IMG/VR virus record: IMGVR_UViG_3300023199_000051
Span: 32,001-96,000 of that record
Direction: 5' to 3' (one strand)
DNA length: 64,000 nt
Source of the DNA: a virus
In this document: positions 25,946 to 36,000 of the stretch, in pieces
Position numbering within the stretch: the first letter of the stretch is position 1
Layout: every line of letters begins with the position of its first letter
Position numbers and translations under genes: made by a program
The notes under the pieces: model-generated
Databases searched by the model: none
Told to the model about the DNA's origin: nothing
The model's input: the letters and a program-made list of their open reading frames with translations, nothing else

Positions 25946-26305
25946 CTACGCGGCGATGACACGAGAGTCGGACCGGACATCGAGCTTGACGCTGCCGTCG
26001 AAGCCGCCACCAGGGGTCAGCTGGAAGCGCACGAACTTCGGGATGGCACGCTGCAGCTCGATGTAGGCGATGCCGTTCGCGTTGATGGTGGTGGCGAACT
26101 CGGCGGGGAGATCGAACCAGGTGTTGTTGTCGATGGACCCTTGAGCCTGCACGATGACGGTGCCGGCTGTGCGTCCGGTGGTCGTGAGGACGCCGATGAG
26201 GCCACCTGCGGTGGTGTCCACCAAGGTGCCCACGGAGATGTCATCAATGACGTCAACGGTGGCGGAGTCACGCAAGGTGCGCCGAGAAGAGAGATTGACG
26301 AACAT
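25946..26305 (-). CDS. Beta-sandwich putative structural protein
   Basis: AGGAG RBS; VQAQGSIDNNTWFDL..KFVRFQL pattern. Confidence 0.65.
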   Translation of the reverse strand: MFVNLSSRRTLRDSATVDVIDDISVGTLVDTTAGGLIGVLTTTGRTAGTVIVQAQGSIDNNTWFDLPAEFATTINANGIAYIELQRAIPKFVRFQLTPGGGFDGSVKLDVRSDSRVIAA

Positions 26306-26323
26306 GGTGAAGTGCTCCTGGAG

Positions 26324-26953
26324 CTAGATGAGGTCGAAGCTGCGGTCGAAGGTCCAGTGCGTACGGAGCTGACAAGTCAGCGTGCCTCCACCCGCATCTA
26401 GGCGGAGTCGCACCTTGTCGAGGACGGGGTCGGTGATCTGCAGGTTGAAGACGCCCGCTGCGCTGATGTTGTTCTGGCGCGTGTTGGTGTCGAGCCAGTC
26501 GGCCGAGCCGTCGTTGAAGCTCGTCACGTCTGCGGTGGCGCCGCTCGTACCGCCGGTGATGGTGTTGCCGACACCGAAGACGAGGCCCGGCGAGACGGTC
26601 GTGATGAACATGGTGCCCGCGCTGTCCGGGGGCCCGGAGACGATGGCTGTGGCACCCGTGGTGCCGTCGGTGATGGTCTCGCCGTCGACGAAGGTGCCAG
26701 AGACGTTGTTGAGGACGAGCAGGGGACCTGCACCCTCCACCGCTGTCTGCACGATGGCATCGAACTGATCACCGAAGCCGTCGACGGGGTGGTCTTCCAC
26801 TTCGAGGACGAAGCCGCCCGCACCGAACCCGCCGAATCCGCGCCCGGTGGCGAACAGCTTCGCGCCAGGCGTGACCTGCGCAGATAGGGCGTCTGCAGCA
26901 GGGATGACGGTGTCTGCTTCTGTCAGCCCTTGGGGCAAGCGATCGAAGGCCAT
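26324..26953 (-). CDS. Beta-sandwich putative structural protein with internal F..GETIT..T.GATA repeat
   Basis: FVDGETITDGTTGATA and FGVGNTITGGTSGATA; AGGAG RBS. Confidence 0.65.
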   Translation of the reverse strand: MAFDRLPQGLTEADTVIPAADALSAQVTPGAKLFATGRGFGGFGAGGFVLEVEDHPVDGFGDQFDAIVQTAVEGAGPLLVLNNVSGTFVDGETITDGTTGATAIVSGPPDSAGTMFITTVSPGLVFGVGNTITGGTSGATADVTSFNDGSADWLDTNTRQNNISAAGVFNLQITDPVLDKVRLRLDAGGGTLTCQLRTHWTFDRSFDLI

Positions 26954-26979
26954 GTGGAACGCTCCTGTTCTTGGCCCCC

Positions 26980-27008
26980 ATGATAGCTCGACACGGCAAG
27001 CACTGCAA
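26980..27008 (-). promoter_or_regulatory. Sigma70-like promoter TTGCAG-N17-TATCAT
   Basis: -35 at 27008-27003 and -10 at 26985-26980, heading the minus-strand structural run. Confidence 0.6.
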
Positions 27009-27067
27009 GCCGATTAGTACGGGTCTAAGTGGCTTATACAGGACTGTAGACTTCTAGTAGCCTCGGC

Positions 27068-28660
27068 TCATAGCGCAGGCACTGCGATGACGAACTGCAC
27101 ACCGAACGGCGCCCCGTCCCGCTCTGGCGTGATGGTGCGGAAGGTACCCGGCTCGGCATCTTCTGGCGCAAACTGCCGGAACCGAAGCTGGTTGACGGTC
27201 TTGTCCACCTTCCCATACCGGAAGTCGTGATCACTGAGCCAGTCCTTCGCCTTTTGGACGGACCACTCCCCGCGGTCGAAGCGGACAGACTGCACCTTGG
27301 TCGAGCCGTAGAAGCGGCCCGTCTCGGGATCCTGGACGCCCCGCTCGACGAGGTCTTCTTCCACCTCGTACGTGGCCAGGTTGTCCGCTGACAGGGTCTC
27401 CACTGATGCGTGCCGACGTCGGCCGCGACGTGCTCCGCGACGGGGTCGAGCGGCTTCATAGAGGTGCGCTGCGACGGCAGCACCCTCGGGGCTGTGGTGC
27501 AGTCTCCCCTTGTACTCGGAGGACCGCCTGCTGCAGACCCCTTGGCGGTCGATGTACTTGGGATCCGGGTTTCCTCGGCTGTGCTCCACCTGGAGGTAGG
27601 TCCCCGTCCGTGTCTTGCTGATGGTGTACCGCCGCCCGTCGGCATCGTACTTCCACTGCTTGAGCAAGCCTCCCTTCCGGGCGCCATAGGAAGGAGCCAC
27701 AGGCTCCCAGCTGCCGAGGCTTCCTACAGACCCGAGGTCGTGGGAGTTGACGACAGCTTCGTGCAGACGCGCTGCGTCCTGATCGCCCTGTTCGAGCGCC
27801 TTCCAGTACACCTCGACCAGCGGCACGTTGCGAGAGCCGCGCTCCCTCTTCGCTGCGTAGGCGAAGGACTTGGCCTCCTGCTCTACGCGCTCGGGTGAGG
27901 AGGCCCCGATGGCCAGCACCCAGGACTGCGCATCCTGCAGGGCCTCCACGAGATTCCCTGATCCCCAGGTCACCGCCTCCTCTCCGTGAGCATTCAGCTT
28001 CTTCGCGAGCTGCTTGGCTGCTCGGTACCCGAGTGCCTCGGATACGATCTGCCCAGTGGGGGAGACGACGATGTACAGGTTGCCATCCTCCTCGACTTGG
28101 TATGGGCCGCCCACACCCCGGACTTCCAGCTTCTCGACGCCAGGCGCGTACTCTGCGTCCTGTGTCGCGATGGCGCCGGCCTCCAGGTAGTCGAAGTCCG
28201 AGTCATCGGGCTCGAAGGCTTGCCAGTCGACCAGCTTCTCTGTGATGTGCGGCTCCTCACCCCGAAGCTCTTGACTTGCCACCGTGAACACATCCGCGAT
28301 CTGCTGCAGCGTCGACGCTGTCCCTTCACGTGCATCCTCTCGCCACCGGTCGACGCGCTGTCCGACGCGCTGCCGGAGAGTAGAATCCTTGGTCCGCAGG
28401 AACTCTGCGTGCCCCGTGCGGCCATAGGCTGCTGCAAGCACTGGACGCATCCGTGCTAGCGTCTCGTACGCTCCTGGCTGCCCCCCGAAGTTGTCTTCGA
28501 GCCATGTGAGAATGCCCTCACATCGATCAGCACCGTACTGCTTGATGCACTGGCGGAGCAGGGACGCTTGCCGATCGGCAGGCATGCGCAGGAAGCGCTT
28601 GCTGTGGATGGTCCTCCAGATGTTGGAGGGTTGGCGCGGGGTGAGGGTGCGCATGCTCAT
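27068..28660 (-). CDS. Multi-module hypothetical protein
   Basis: 530-aa ORF; C-terminal module KVQSVRFD..W..KAKDWL..H..KVDKT..LRFRQF preceded by VETLS. Confidence 0.7.
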   Translation of the reverse strand: MSMRTLTPRQPSNIWRTIHSKRFLRMPADRQASLLRQCIKQYGADRCEGILTWLEDNFGGQPGAYETLARMRPVLAAAYGRTGHAEFLRTKDSTLRQRVGQRVDRWREDAREGTASTLQQIADVFTVASQELRGEEPHITEKLVDWQAFEPDDSDFDYLEAGAIATQDAEYAPGVEKLEVRGVGGPYQVEEDGNLYIVVSPTGQIVSEALGYRAAKQLAKKLNAHGEEAVTWGSGNLVEALQDAQSWVLAIGASSPERVEQEAKSFAYAAKRERGSRNVPLVEVYWKALEQGDQDAARLHEAVVNSHDLGSVGSLGSWEPVAPSYGARKGGLLKQWKYDADGRRYTISKTRTGTYLQVEHSRGNPDPKYIDRQGVCSRRSSEYKGRLHHSPEGAAVAAHLYEAARPRRGARRGRRRHASVETLSADNLATYEVEEDLVERGVQDPETGRFYGSTKVQSVRFDRGEWSVQKAKDWLSDHDFRYGKVDKTVNQLRFRQFAPEDAEPGTFRTITPERDGAPFGVQFVIAVPAL

Positions 28661-28696
28661 GGTGGTGCTCGCAGAGAGGTGGTGGTTGTCTACATC

Positions 28697-29773
28697 CTAA
28701 CCGGCATGCAGCACAGGTACGCGCGTGCTTGGTCCCGATGAGAATCCGAGATCGACGTAGACCAGCTCGCGGACGCCCGAGCTGCTCACACGGGCCATGA
28801 CGTTGTCGCTATGACCATCGGTGTACTCGATGCCCAGGTCGTACATGCAGTCGAGGGCCACCACCAGCGATGACACCTCAGTCCCCCCACGCCACGGAAT
28901 CAGGTAGTCGAGGATGCTACTCGGTGCGTCGTCCATGGCCTCCTCAACCAGCTCCTCGTACTCGTCTTGGGTCATGTCTCCACCTTCCACGTCGGCACGG
29001 CTGTCGTCCAGCGCCCACTCATCGACCCAGTCCTTCTCCCGCTTCGTCAGGGGTTCTAGCGGCTCCATGAGGATGGCATACAGCCCGGAGTCACTGAGGC
29101 CGTACACCGCGTAGATATGCACCACTCCCAGGCACTGTCCGGCCTGCATCACGGTGTGCGCATTGGCGGCTTCGGTCGGATCCCCTGTGATCTTGATTAC
29201 GTAGGGACGCCCCGCGAAGACGCACCCAAACATGCCGCACCCCTGCTGCCTCGGATCGAAACGGAAGCCCAGCTCCTGCAGCTCGAACAGGCCTCGCGCC
29301 GCCTTCTTCCTCCACGCCTTCGTCTCGCGCCGCACGGAGCCGGGCGGCTTCCTCTCACGGCCCTGGGGCGGCCTCGACCGGACGGTGCGTGTCTTGAGCT
29401 TCAGGCTCTCCACCTTTCGGCTCTCCATCCAGGCCCGTGCCTTGTCCTTGTGCTCACCCCTGGTGACAGTGGCCGTCACCTTCATAGCGGCCGCCACAGC
29501 TGCGGCGTCGTCGATCTGCCCGACCCCCGCCAGCCAGTCGGGGATGAGGTCGAGGGGCAGCACGACAGCGCCAAGGCCGGTCGCGATGGTTGCACGGGCC
29601 CACAGCGGTGTCTTGGGGTCCATCATCACGTAGTACAGCGCGACCATGTCGACGCCGAAGGGGACCTTGAGTCCTTGCCGCTTGATCCAGGGCCAGAACC
29701 GCTTCTTCACCTTGCGGATCAGCTTGCGGACCTTGCTCCTCTCCTGCGGTGTCATGTCGCGGTCAATGGCCAT
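28697..29773 (-). CDS. DUF1232 (YkvA)-protein kinase fusion
   Basis: YVMMDPKTPLWARA..LPLDLIPDWLAGVGQIDDAA; then QGCGMFGC..IKITGDPTEAA..TDGHSDNVM..YVDLG. Confidence 0.8.
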   Translation of the reverse strand: MAIDRDMTPQERSKVRKLIRKVKKRFWPWIKRQGLKVPFGVDMVALYYVMMDPKTPLWARATIATGLGAVVLPLDLIPDWLAGVGQIDDAAAVAAAMKVTATVTRGEHKDKARAWMESRKVESLKLKTRTVRSRPPQGRERKPPGSVRRETKAWRKKAARGLFELQELGFRFDPRQQGCGMFGCVFAGRPYVIKITGDPTEAANAHTVMQAGQCLGVVHIYAVYGLSDSGLYAILMEPLEPLTKREKDWVDEWALDDSRADVEGGDMTQDEYEELVEEAMDDAPSSILDYLIPWRGGTEVSSLVVALDCMYDLGIEYTDGHSDNVMARVSSSGVRELVYVDLGFSSGPSTRVPVLHAG

Positions 29774-29775
29774 GC

Positions 29776-29994
29776 TCACCCTGCCTGCATCAGCGCGCCC
29801 ATGACGTCCCCCATCTCTGGGAGCCGCCCCTCGCTGTGTACGACCGTGAACAGCTGATCCATCACCGTGTAGGAGGGATCCCCCTCCGTGATGCGGTGCT
29901 CGGTGACCCCTTCTGAAGACTGCAGGAACAGGGCGAGGCAGCCCTGTTCTCTTCGGATCCGTACTGTGACCTCTTGTACCTCTTCCACTCTCAT
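29776..29994 (-). CDS. Small hypothetical protein
   Basis: AAGGGG before ATG 29994; ends 2 nt before the next start. Confidence 0.45.
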   Translation of the reverse strand: MRVEEVQEVTVRIRREQGCLALFLQSSEGVTEHRITEGDPSYTVMDQLFTVVHSEGRLPEMGDVMGALMQAG

Positions 29995-30038
29995 CCCCCT
30001 TGATCCGCCTGCCCGAACCGGGCAGATCTCCGCCCCAT

Positions 30039-33000
30039 TCACAGCCCTTCGAGCTTGCCGACCCGCTTGCACTGGTAGCAACCTGATGCACGCTTGCACC
30101 GCACTCGGTTCCCCGCGTTCACTTGGACCTCGTTCAGCTTCTCACGGTGTCCCTGCTCGCAGGTCGTCCATACGCGAAGGGGCAGCGCTTCGAGTCGCCC
30201 GACATCGGCGCCGGCACTCTTGGACACGCCAAGGTCGATGATCTTCCAGTTGCCCTCGGCGTCCTGCATCACGTTGCCGCCGTGCAGATCGCCCCACTGC
30301 ACACCGACTTCGTTGTGTAGCGCCTCGATGGTCGAGATCACGCGCTTGTACTGCTGGAGCTGATCGCTGTCGAGCATGGCTCGGGCCCAGCCATCCAGGT
30401 TCTCCAGGGCCTCATCCAGCTCGGGATCTTGCCTGTCCCATCCACGGGTGAGGAGGATAGCAGCCAGGGACCCGGCTGCGGATGAGCCCAGGAAGTCCTC
30501 GGCTCTCCAGTCCAGCGGCTTCAGCTTCTGCTGTACGATGGCCCACAGCGGCTCGCCGTCAGGCATGGGAGTCAGCGCGTAGACGCAGTCGATGCGGGCC
30601 AGTGCGGGTAGCTCGGTCCAGTCTTCGTGATCGAGGACCACTTGTGCAGCAGCTGCCTCACTCCAGTCCGTTGTGAGCTTCACGACCTTGTCGGGATCAT
30701 TCGTCAGGTCGTAGACGCAGCCGTAGGTTCCACACCCGAGGTGCTTGTCTCCAAGCGGGTAGCCGTGCTTGGCGAGGATGCTCTTGGCCGCGCGCTCCAG
30801 CCGGGGCCACTGCGCGCGTCGCAGGTAGGCGCTGGTCGACACGACGTCATCCCCATCACCAGAGACGCGGATGCGATCGCCCCCTGCAACGCAGGCTACG
30901 GCACCAGCGGGCAGCCGCTCGATGGCACGCTGTACACCACGCTGCTGCCCCACGCGGTCTTCTGCCTCGCTGAACTTGCGGAAGGTCACCTCAACGGGGC
31001 CTTCGAGCGACCAGTCCCATTCCCAGTCCCGGGTGCCGCTTCCGAAGGCGAAGCCCGTGTCGAAGGTGACGCCGAGCCGGCGCAGCAGCTGCTCGACCTC
31101 GAAGAGGGTGCCCAGCTGCTCGCGGGTGAGGTTGGGCCCGAAGCTGATACCGACATCGACCGGACGTCCACGGTCATCATGTGCGTGACCACGCCCCGAC
31201 TGCTCGGCATCCAGCAGCATCTCGGCGAGCCTGCCCTTGAGCCGCTTCTGTGCACCCCGACGCGCCTTGTGCTCAGTCCTGCCTCGGGCGACCATGTTGC
31301 CGTGCTGGTCATACACCACCGTGTACTTGCGCGTAGCGCCTACGCGGTAGCCTGGCGGTAGTTGCGGCTTCAGAGCGCTCTCGATGGAAGACTGCGGCAC
31401 GCGGAGCGCAGCAACCTGGTCTGTCACGAGCGTCGAAGCGTCGATGACGATCTCACCAGGCCGCGGGTCGACGGGCGGCACCATGCTGGCAAATGGGTAC
31501 GGGCTGCCTTGCGGTGGGAGCACGAACACGAGCTGCTGTTCAGTCTGTGGGTTCATCAGGGCCACGAAACCGCGGGAGTGCGGCGGCGGCTCCACGCGCA
31601 CGTTGAGGAGCTTGAAGCCCACCAGCGGCGGCTTTCGACCCTGCACGCGCTCGATCAAGTCTGACAGGTAGCCCTGCTGTGTCTTCGTGAGCAGATCGAC
31701 AGAGCCAGTCCCTACAGCCGCTCTCATGCGGGGGGTTGGGCTTGTCCCCGATGTCCCTCCGTACTCAGCTTCCAGGTAGTCGAGCCAGCGGTCCGGGAAG
31801 ATGGCCGTTGGGGAGGGGACACTCTTCCTGGGAGCCTTGGGCCGCTGCCGTGCCTTGCTTGTCGCGCCGCCTGGTAGCCCCTCCGCGTAGGCTGCGTACC
31901 TCAGTCGCTTCTTCACAGGCCGTACGACGACACCGACTGCGATGGGAGACGATCGGTGTCGCCAGATCGCATTGAGCGTGCTGGCACGCTTTCGCCACTG
32001 CACTTCGTCCAGCTCCATCCCACCAAAGCCGTGCTCGGCAAGGTGCCGGCTCCACTGGCTGTTGGTGGCGAAGTCGGTGATGAGCTGTGTGACCCACTTC
32101 GTCGCTCCTGGCGGTGCGAGTGCGTCTGCATGAATCCGCTGGAAGCGTGCGGACGTGAGCGATGGCTTGTACTCGCCGGCATCCTCCCCCGGAGCCACTA
32201 CTGCGGCGGGCACGTGATCCAAGACAGGAAGCTGGTAGCCGGAGAGCTGCTTGCGGGCGTCCTGCACGGGGATGAACCCGGCCCAGTCCACCTCGTGCGG
32301 GGAGCGTAGGTTGTCCTCGGAGACCTCATCGGGCAGGTCGAGGCGCGAGGCATCCACCACCCAGTAGGTCACCTTCTTGGAGCCGTCTGCCTTGTAGACT
32401 TCGTAGGGGCCCTTGAACCCTTCCGCTTCCATGTCGAGACCCGCCTCCTCGAAGGTCTCCCGGATGGCGGCCTGCATCGCAGACTCGCTTTCCTCGACGT
32501 GGCCCTTGGGGATGGAGAAGCCCTTGCGCCAGGATCCGCCCGTAGGGTGCACCACCAGGATCTCACCGGGCCGCACGATGGCCAGCCCCGCCGAGTGGAT
32601 GACAGGAGCCGTGCGAGGTAGCTCCCCTCCTTCCTCGAACCGGTGCTTCGCTTCGGTGGCGAGCTTGTACAGAGGCGTGTCGGGGCTGTCGCCGTGCACG
32701 TCCTCCAGGTGGTCCATCCACCGCCCAGCGGCCCTCAGTGCATCCTCCTCGTCTCCGAAGCCAGCTGCGACTTCCTGGGGGATGAAGCTCGGTCCGATGG
32801 CGTAGGCCACCTCGAAGGTGTGGTCGGCGACCTCATACACCACACCCACACGAACGCGGGTGTCGTCCTCGAACACCCAGGCATGCACGACGCTGTCGTC
32901 GTAGGCAGCCGGTTCGAGCTTGCCGCGCCCCTTGTACTGGAAGCTCGGAGACAGCTGGTGGGCAGCGCTCTGGTTGTCCGCTGTCGAGCGATACCCGACG

Positions 33001-36000
33001 CGGTCCTCCTTGATGATCTCCAGCAGGATGCGGAACCAGCGGCTGTCCGAGGCAGGGCGCCCCTCGGCTTCGAGCTGTGCAATGTCGGCTGCGATCTGCG
33101 AGTAGGGCTCACCCTCACCCGCCTTGCCACGCACCCATGTGATCACGTCGCGTGCAATGTCTCCCGAGCTGCGCACCGGCAGGGACTCGGTGAACGAGGC
33201 AGCAGCAGCACGCGCAGCTGGAAGTGGCCGAGCAGTGTGCAGGTTCTCGGTGGCCGGCAGCGCTGGAAGGTTGATGGCCCTTAGTGCCTTGATCAGCTTC
33301 TTTGTGTCACGCTTCTCATCACCCTGCTCGTACTCAACGCGGTCCGACAAGACATCGAGTGTATTGTTGATAGGACCGCTGCTGGAGTAGAGGTAGCGTA
33401 GTGCCTCAGGCGTAAGAGGGATGATCCATCTGCGGTTCCTCTCTTCCGCATCCTCCATCGCTGCGACAAAGGCCTGCTTACCTTTGCTGCTGTGCTCGTG
33501 GAGAGTGTCGACCTCCAGCATAGTCCACTCGTCATAGACGTTGTCTGGCACCTTCAGGGACAGCGGCACCTGGGCTTCGTCGCCGTGCAGCCAGGAATGA
33601 ATCTCTCTGCGGACATCCGCAGAGACCTCCTTGGCACTCCTGTCGTTGTAGGGCACCGACGATGGCTTTCGGCCACGGCCTCCACGCATGACCACCCCGC
33701 CAAACGTGACGCCGCTGCTTTCCAGCCAGATGTCCATGACCGCGCCGTTCTTGAACCGCAGGTAGAGCTGTCGACGGTGCTTGTTCCGCCCGGTGCCCTT
33801 GTAGTTCTGCCGGATGCTCTTGATGCCCAGCCGCTTCTTGTACTTCTTGATCGCCTTCGAGAGCTGTCCCGTGTACTCCGCAGAGCCCACCTTGGTACTG
33901 ACTTTCCCCTGGCTCGGCACCTGCTCAAGTGGCACAATACCGAAGGTCCCCACCCAGTAGCTGCTCGGTGACACATCATAGGCAGCGTTGTCAGGGAGGT
34001 AGGCATTAATGCCGACCCGATGCGCATGGCCCTTCAGCTCAACAGGGGACACCACGATGGCGACCGCCCTGTGTAGCTGTCCGCCATGCCGCAGACCAGG
34101 CTTCACGTTCGCGATGCGCCTGATACCAATTCGGTCAGGCGAACGTGGGACTGCTATGCGGAGCCCCTGGTGGGGCTGGTCGGTGATGGTGTAGGTCCGC
34201 TTTGTCGAGCCGGGGCCTCCTCTGTCTTTCATCTTGAAGGACACCCCTCGAACCAGCTTCTCGTTGGCCTTCTCGAAGGCTGGCGCTGCAGTCGTTGCGG
34301 TTCCGGTGCCCTTGAAGCTGTCGAAGCCATGTGGTAGTGAACCCTGCTCCTCTGAAGCACGGTCAGTGAGCCACTGGACGTAGTCGAGCATGGTCTTGGT
34401 GGTGACGTTGTCATCGTCGTAGAAGGAACCATCCGGCCCCTCCAGCACACGCTGGCCACGCCGTTCCTTCACGCGCCAGCCCTCTGCAACGAGGTCACGG
34501 GCGTGCTGCTTGCGCGTCTTGAAGACGCCGGAGAGCCCGATCTGCTTGTTCAGGATCTTGATGATGCGCCCGCGCTTCATCGGGCTGAACTGGTCTGCAA
34601 ACCCGTCGGTGTCTTCTTCAGCAGCTATCTCGGCGGCTTCCGCTGCCTTTCTTGCTTGCTCTGCTGCCTCTCTGCCCTCTGCCCGCTTGGTGATCGCGTC
34701 GGCTCCCTGCAGCTGGTCCCACAGCTCGGTCAGCGTCCAGACCACCAAGCGCTGCTGCCCCGCATCGACGCCATACACACCTTCTGGCCTGCGGAGGTGA
34801 GGCGGGAAGTCTTTGGCCTCGGCATTGGCCTGCGGGTACCACTGGCTCACACTGTACTCGACGTCCCCACGCTGCCAGCTTGTTCCGACAGGGATCGCAG
34901 GCGGCTCGGGCATGGGGAGCTGCTTCTTGGTCGCTGCAAAGTCTCCTGCAGCTGCCTTGGCGGCATCCTTCGTCGTGAAGTGCACCGAGGAGTCCCCCGT
35001 CGGCCACGCACCCACAGACGGCAGTGTCTTGAGGCCTCCGTCCCGAGTCAGGTAGTGCCGGTTGTCGGGCCCCTCTGGCACCGCCTCGGATGCGAACAGC
35101 ACTCGGACCATGTACACGTTCGAGTTGGCTGCCTTGGCCCAGGCCCGCGCAACCTGAAAGCCGAGTCCGCCTTCTGGCGTGAAGATGACAGCGGTGTCCC
35201 CTCCATGCCAATCAAGCGTCAAGCTTGCCGGTTCGCGCTCCTCGATGAGGTCGAGCACGTTGTACCGTCGAGCCGCTTCGCGCCAGTCCTGCTCGTGCAT
35301 CAGGTACAGAGGCTCCCGCACCTTGTCCTCGACCCAGGTGCCATCATCGCGCTGAAAATCCACTACCCACTTGCGCTTGGGGAAGTCCCCCTCACGCTGG
35401 GTGTCGGGACCGAGACCGCGGAGCCGGTGGGGGAGCTTCTTGGTGCTGTACTCGGTGGGCCCGTACTTCTTCTTCATCTTGAAGGTAGGTGTGACGAGCT
35501 GCTCGGGCGTCAGGTGGGGATCTTCAGCCTCTTCCCCTCCTCCCGGCTCGGGCGGGGGCGGTCCCGCCTCCCAACCGAACAGCGGCCCCCACCCGTGGTC
35601 GATGACCTCCTGCTTCAGTCGGTCTGGCGGGGTCTGCTTCCGCGCCCAGCGCTTGCCGTTCCACCCGTAGCGCATCTTCTTGCCGCTGACGGTGGCGTGG
35701 ATGTTGTGCCAGGTGGCGCGGCGCCCCTTCGCACCTTCGACGACGCGCACCTTGCCGTAGACGGGCGACTCCCAGCTGCTCTCCCGATCACTGGAGCCGC
35801 TTGGTTCGGTGCGAGGCTTCGGCGGTGATGGCTGTCCGTACACGATGGCCTTGACTGTGGTCACTGGGTCAAGGGCATCACGCCAGCGACGCTCCAGGTT
35901 CCCGCCAGGGATGTACAGGGTCAGCGAGGCCGGCATGCGGGTCTCGTCGTAGGTCGGCTCCTCGGTCTGGTGGAGGCCCATGCCCCCCTTACCCATGCCG

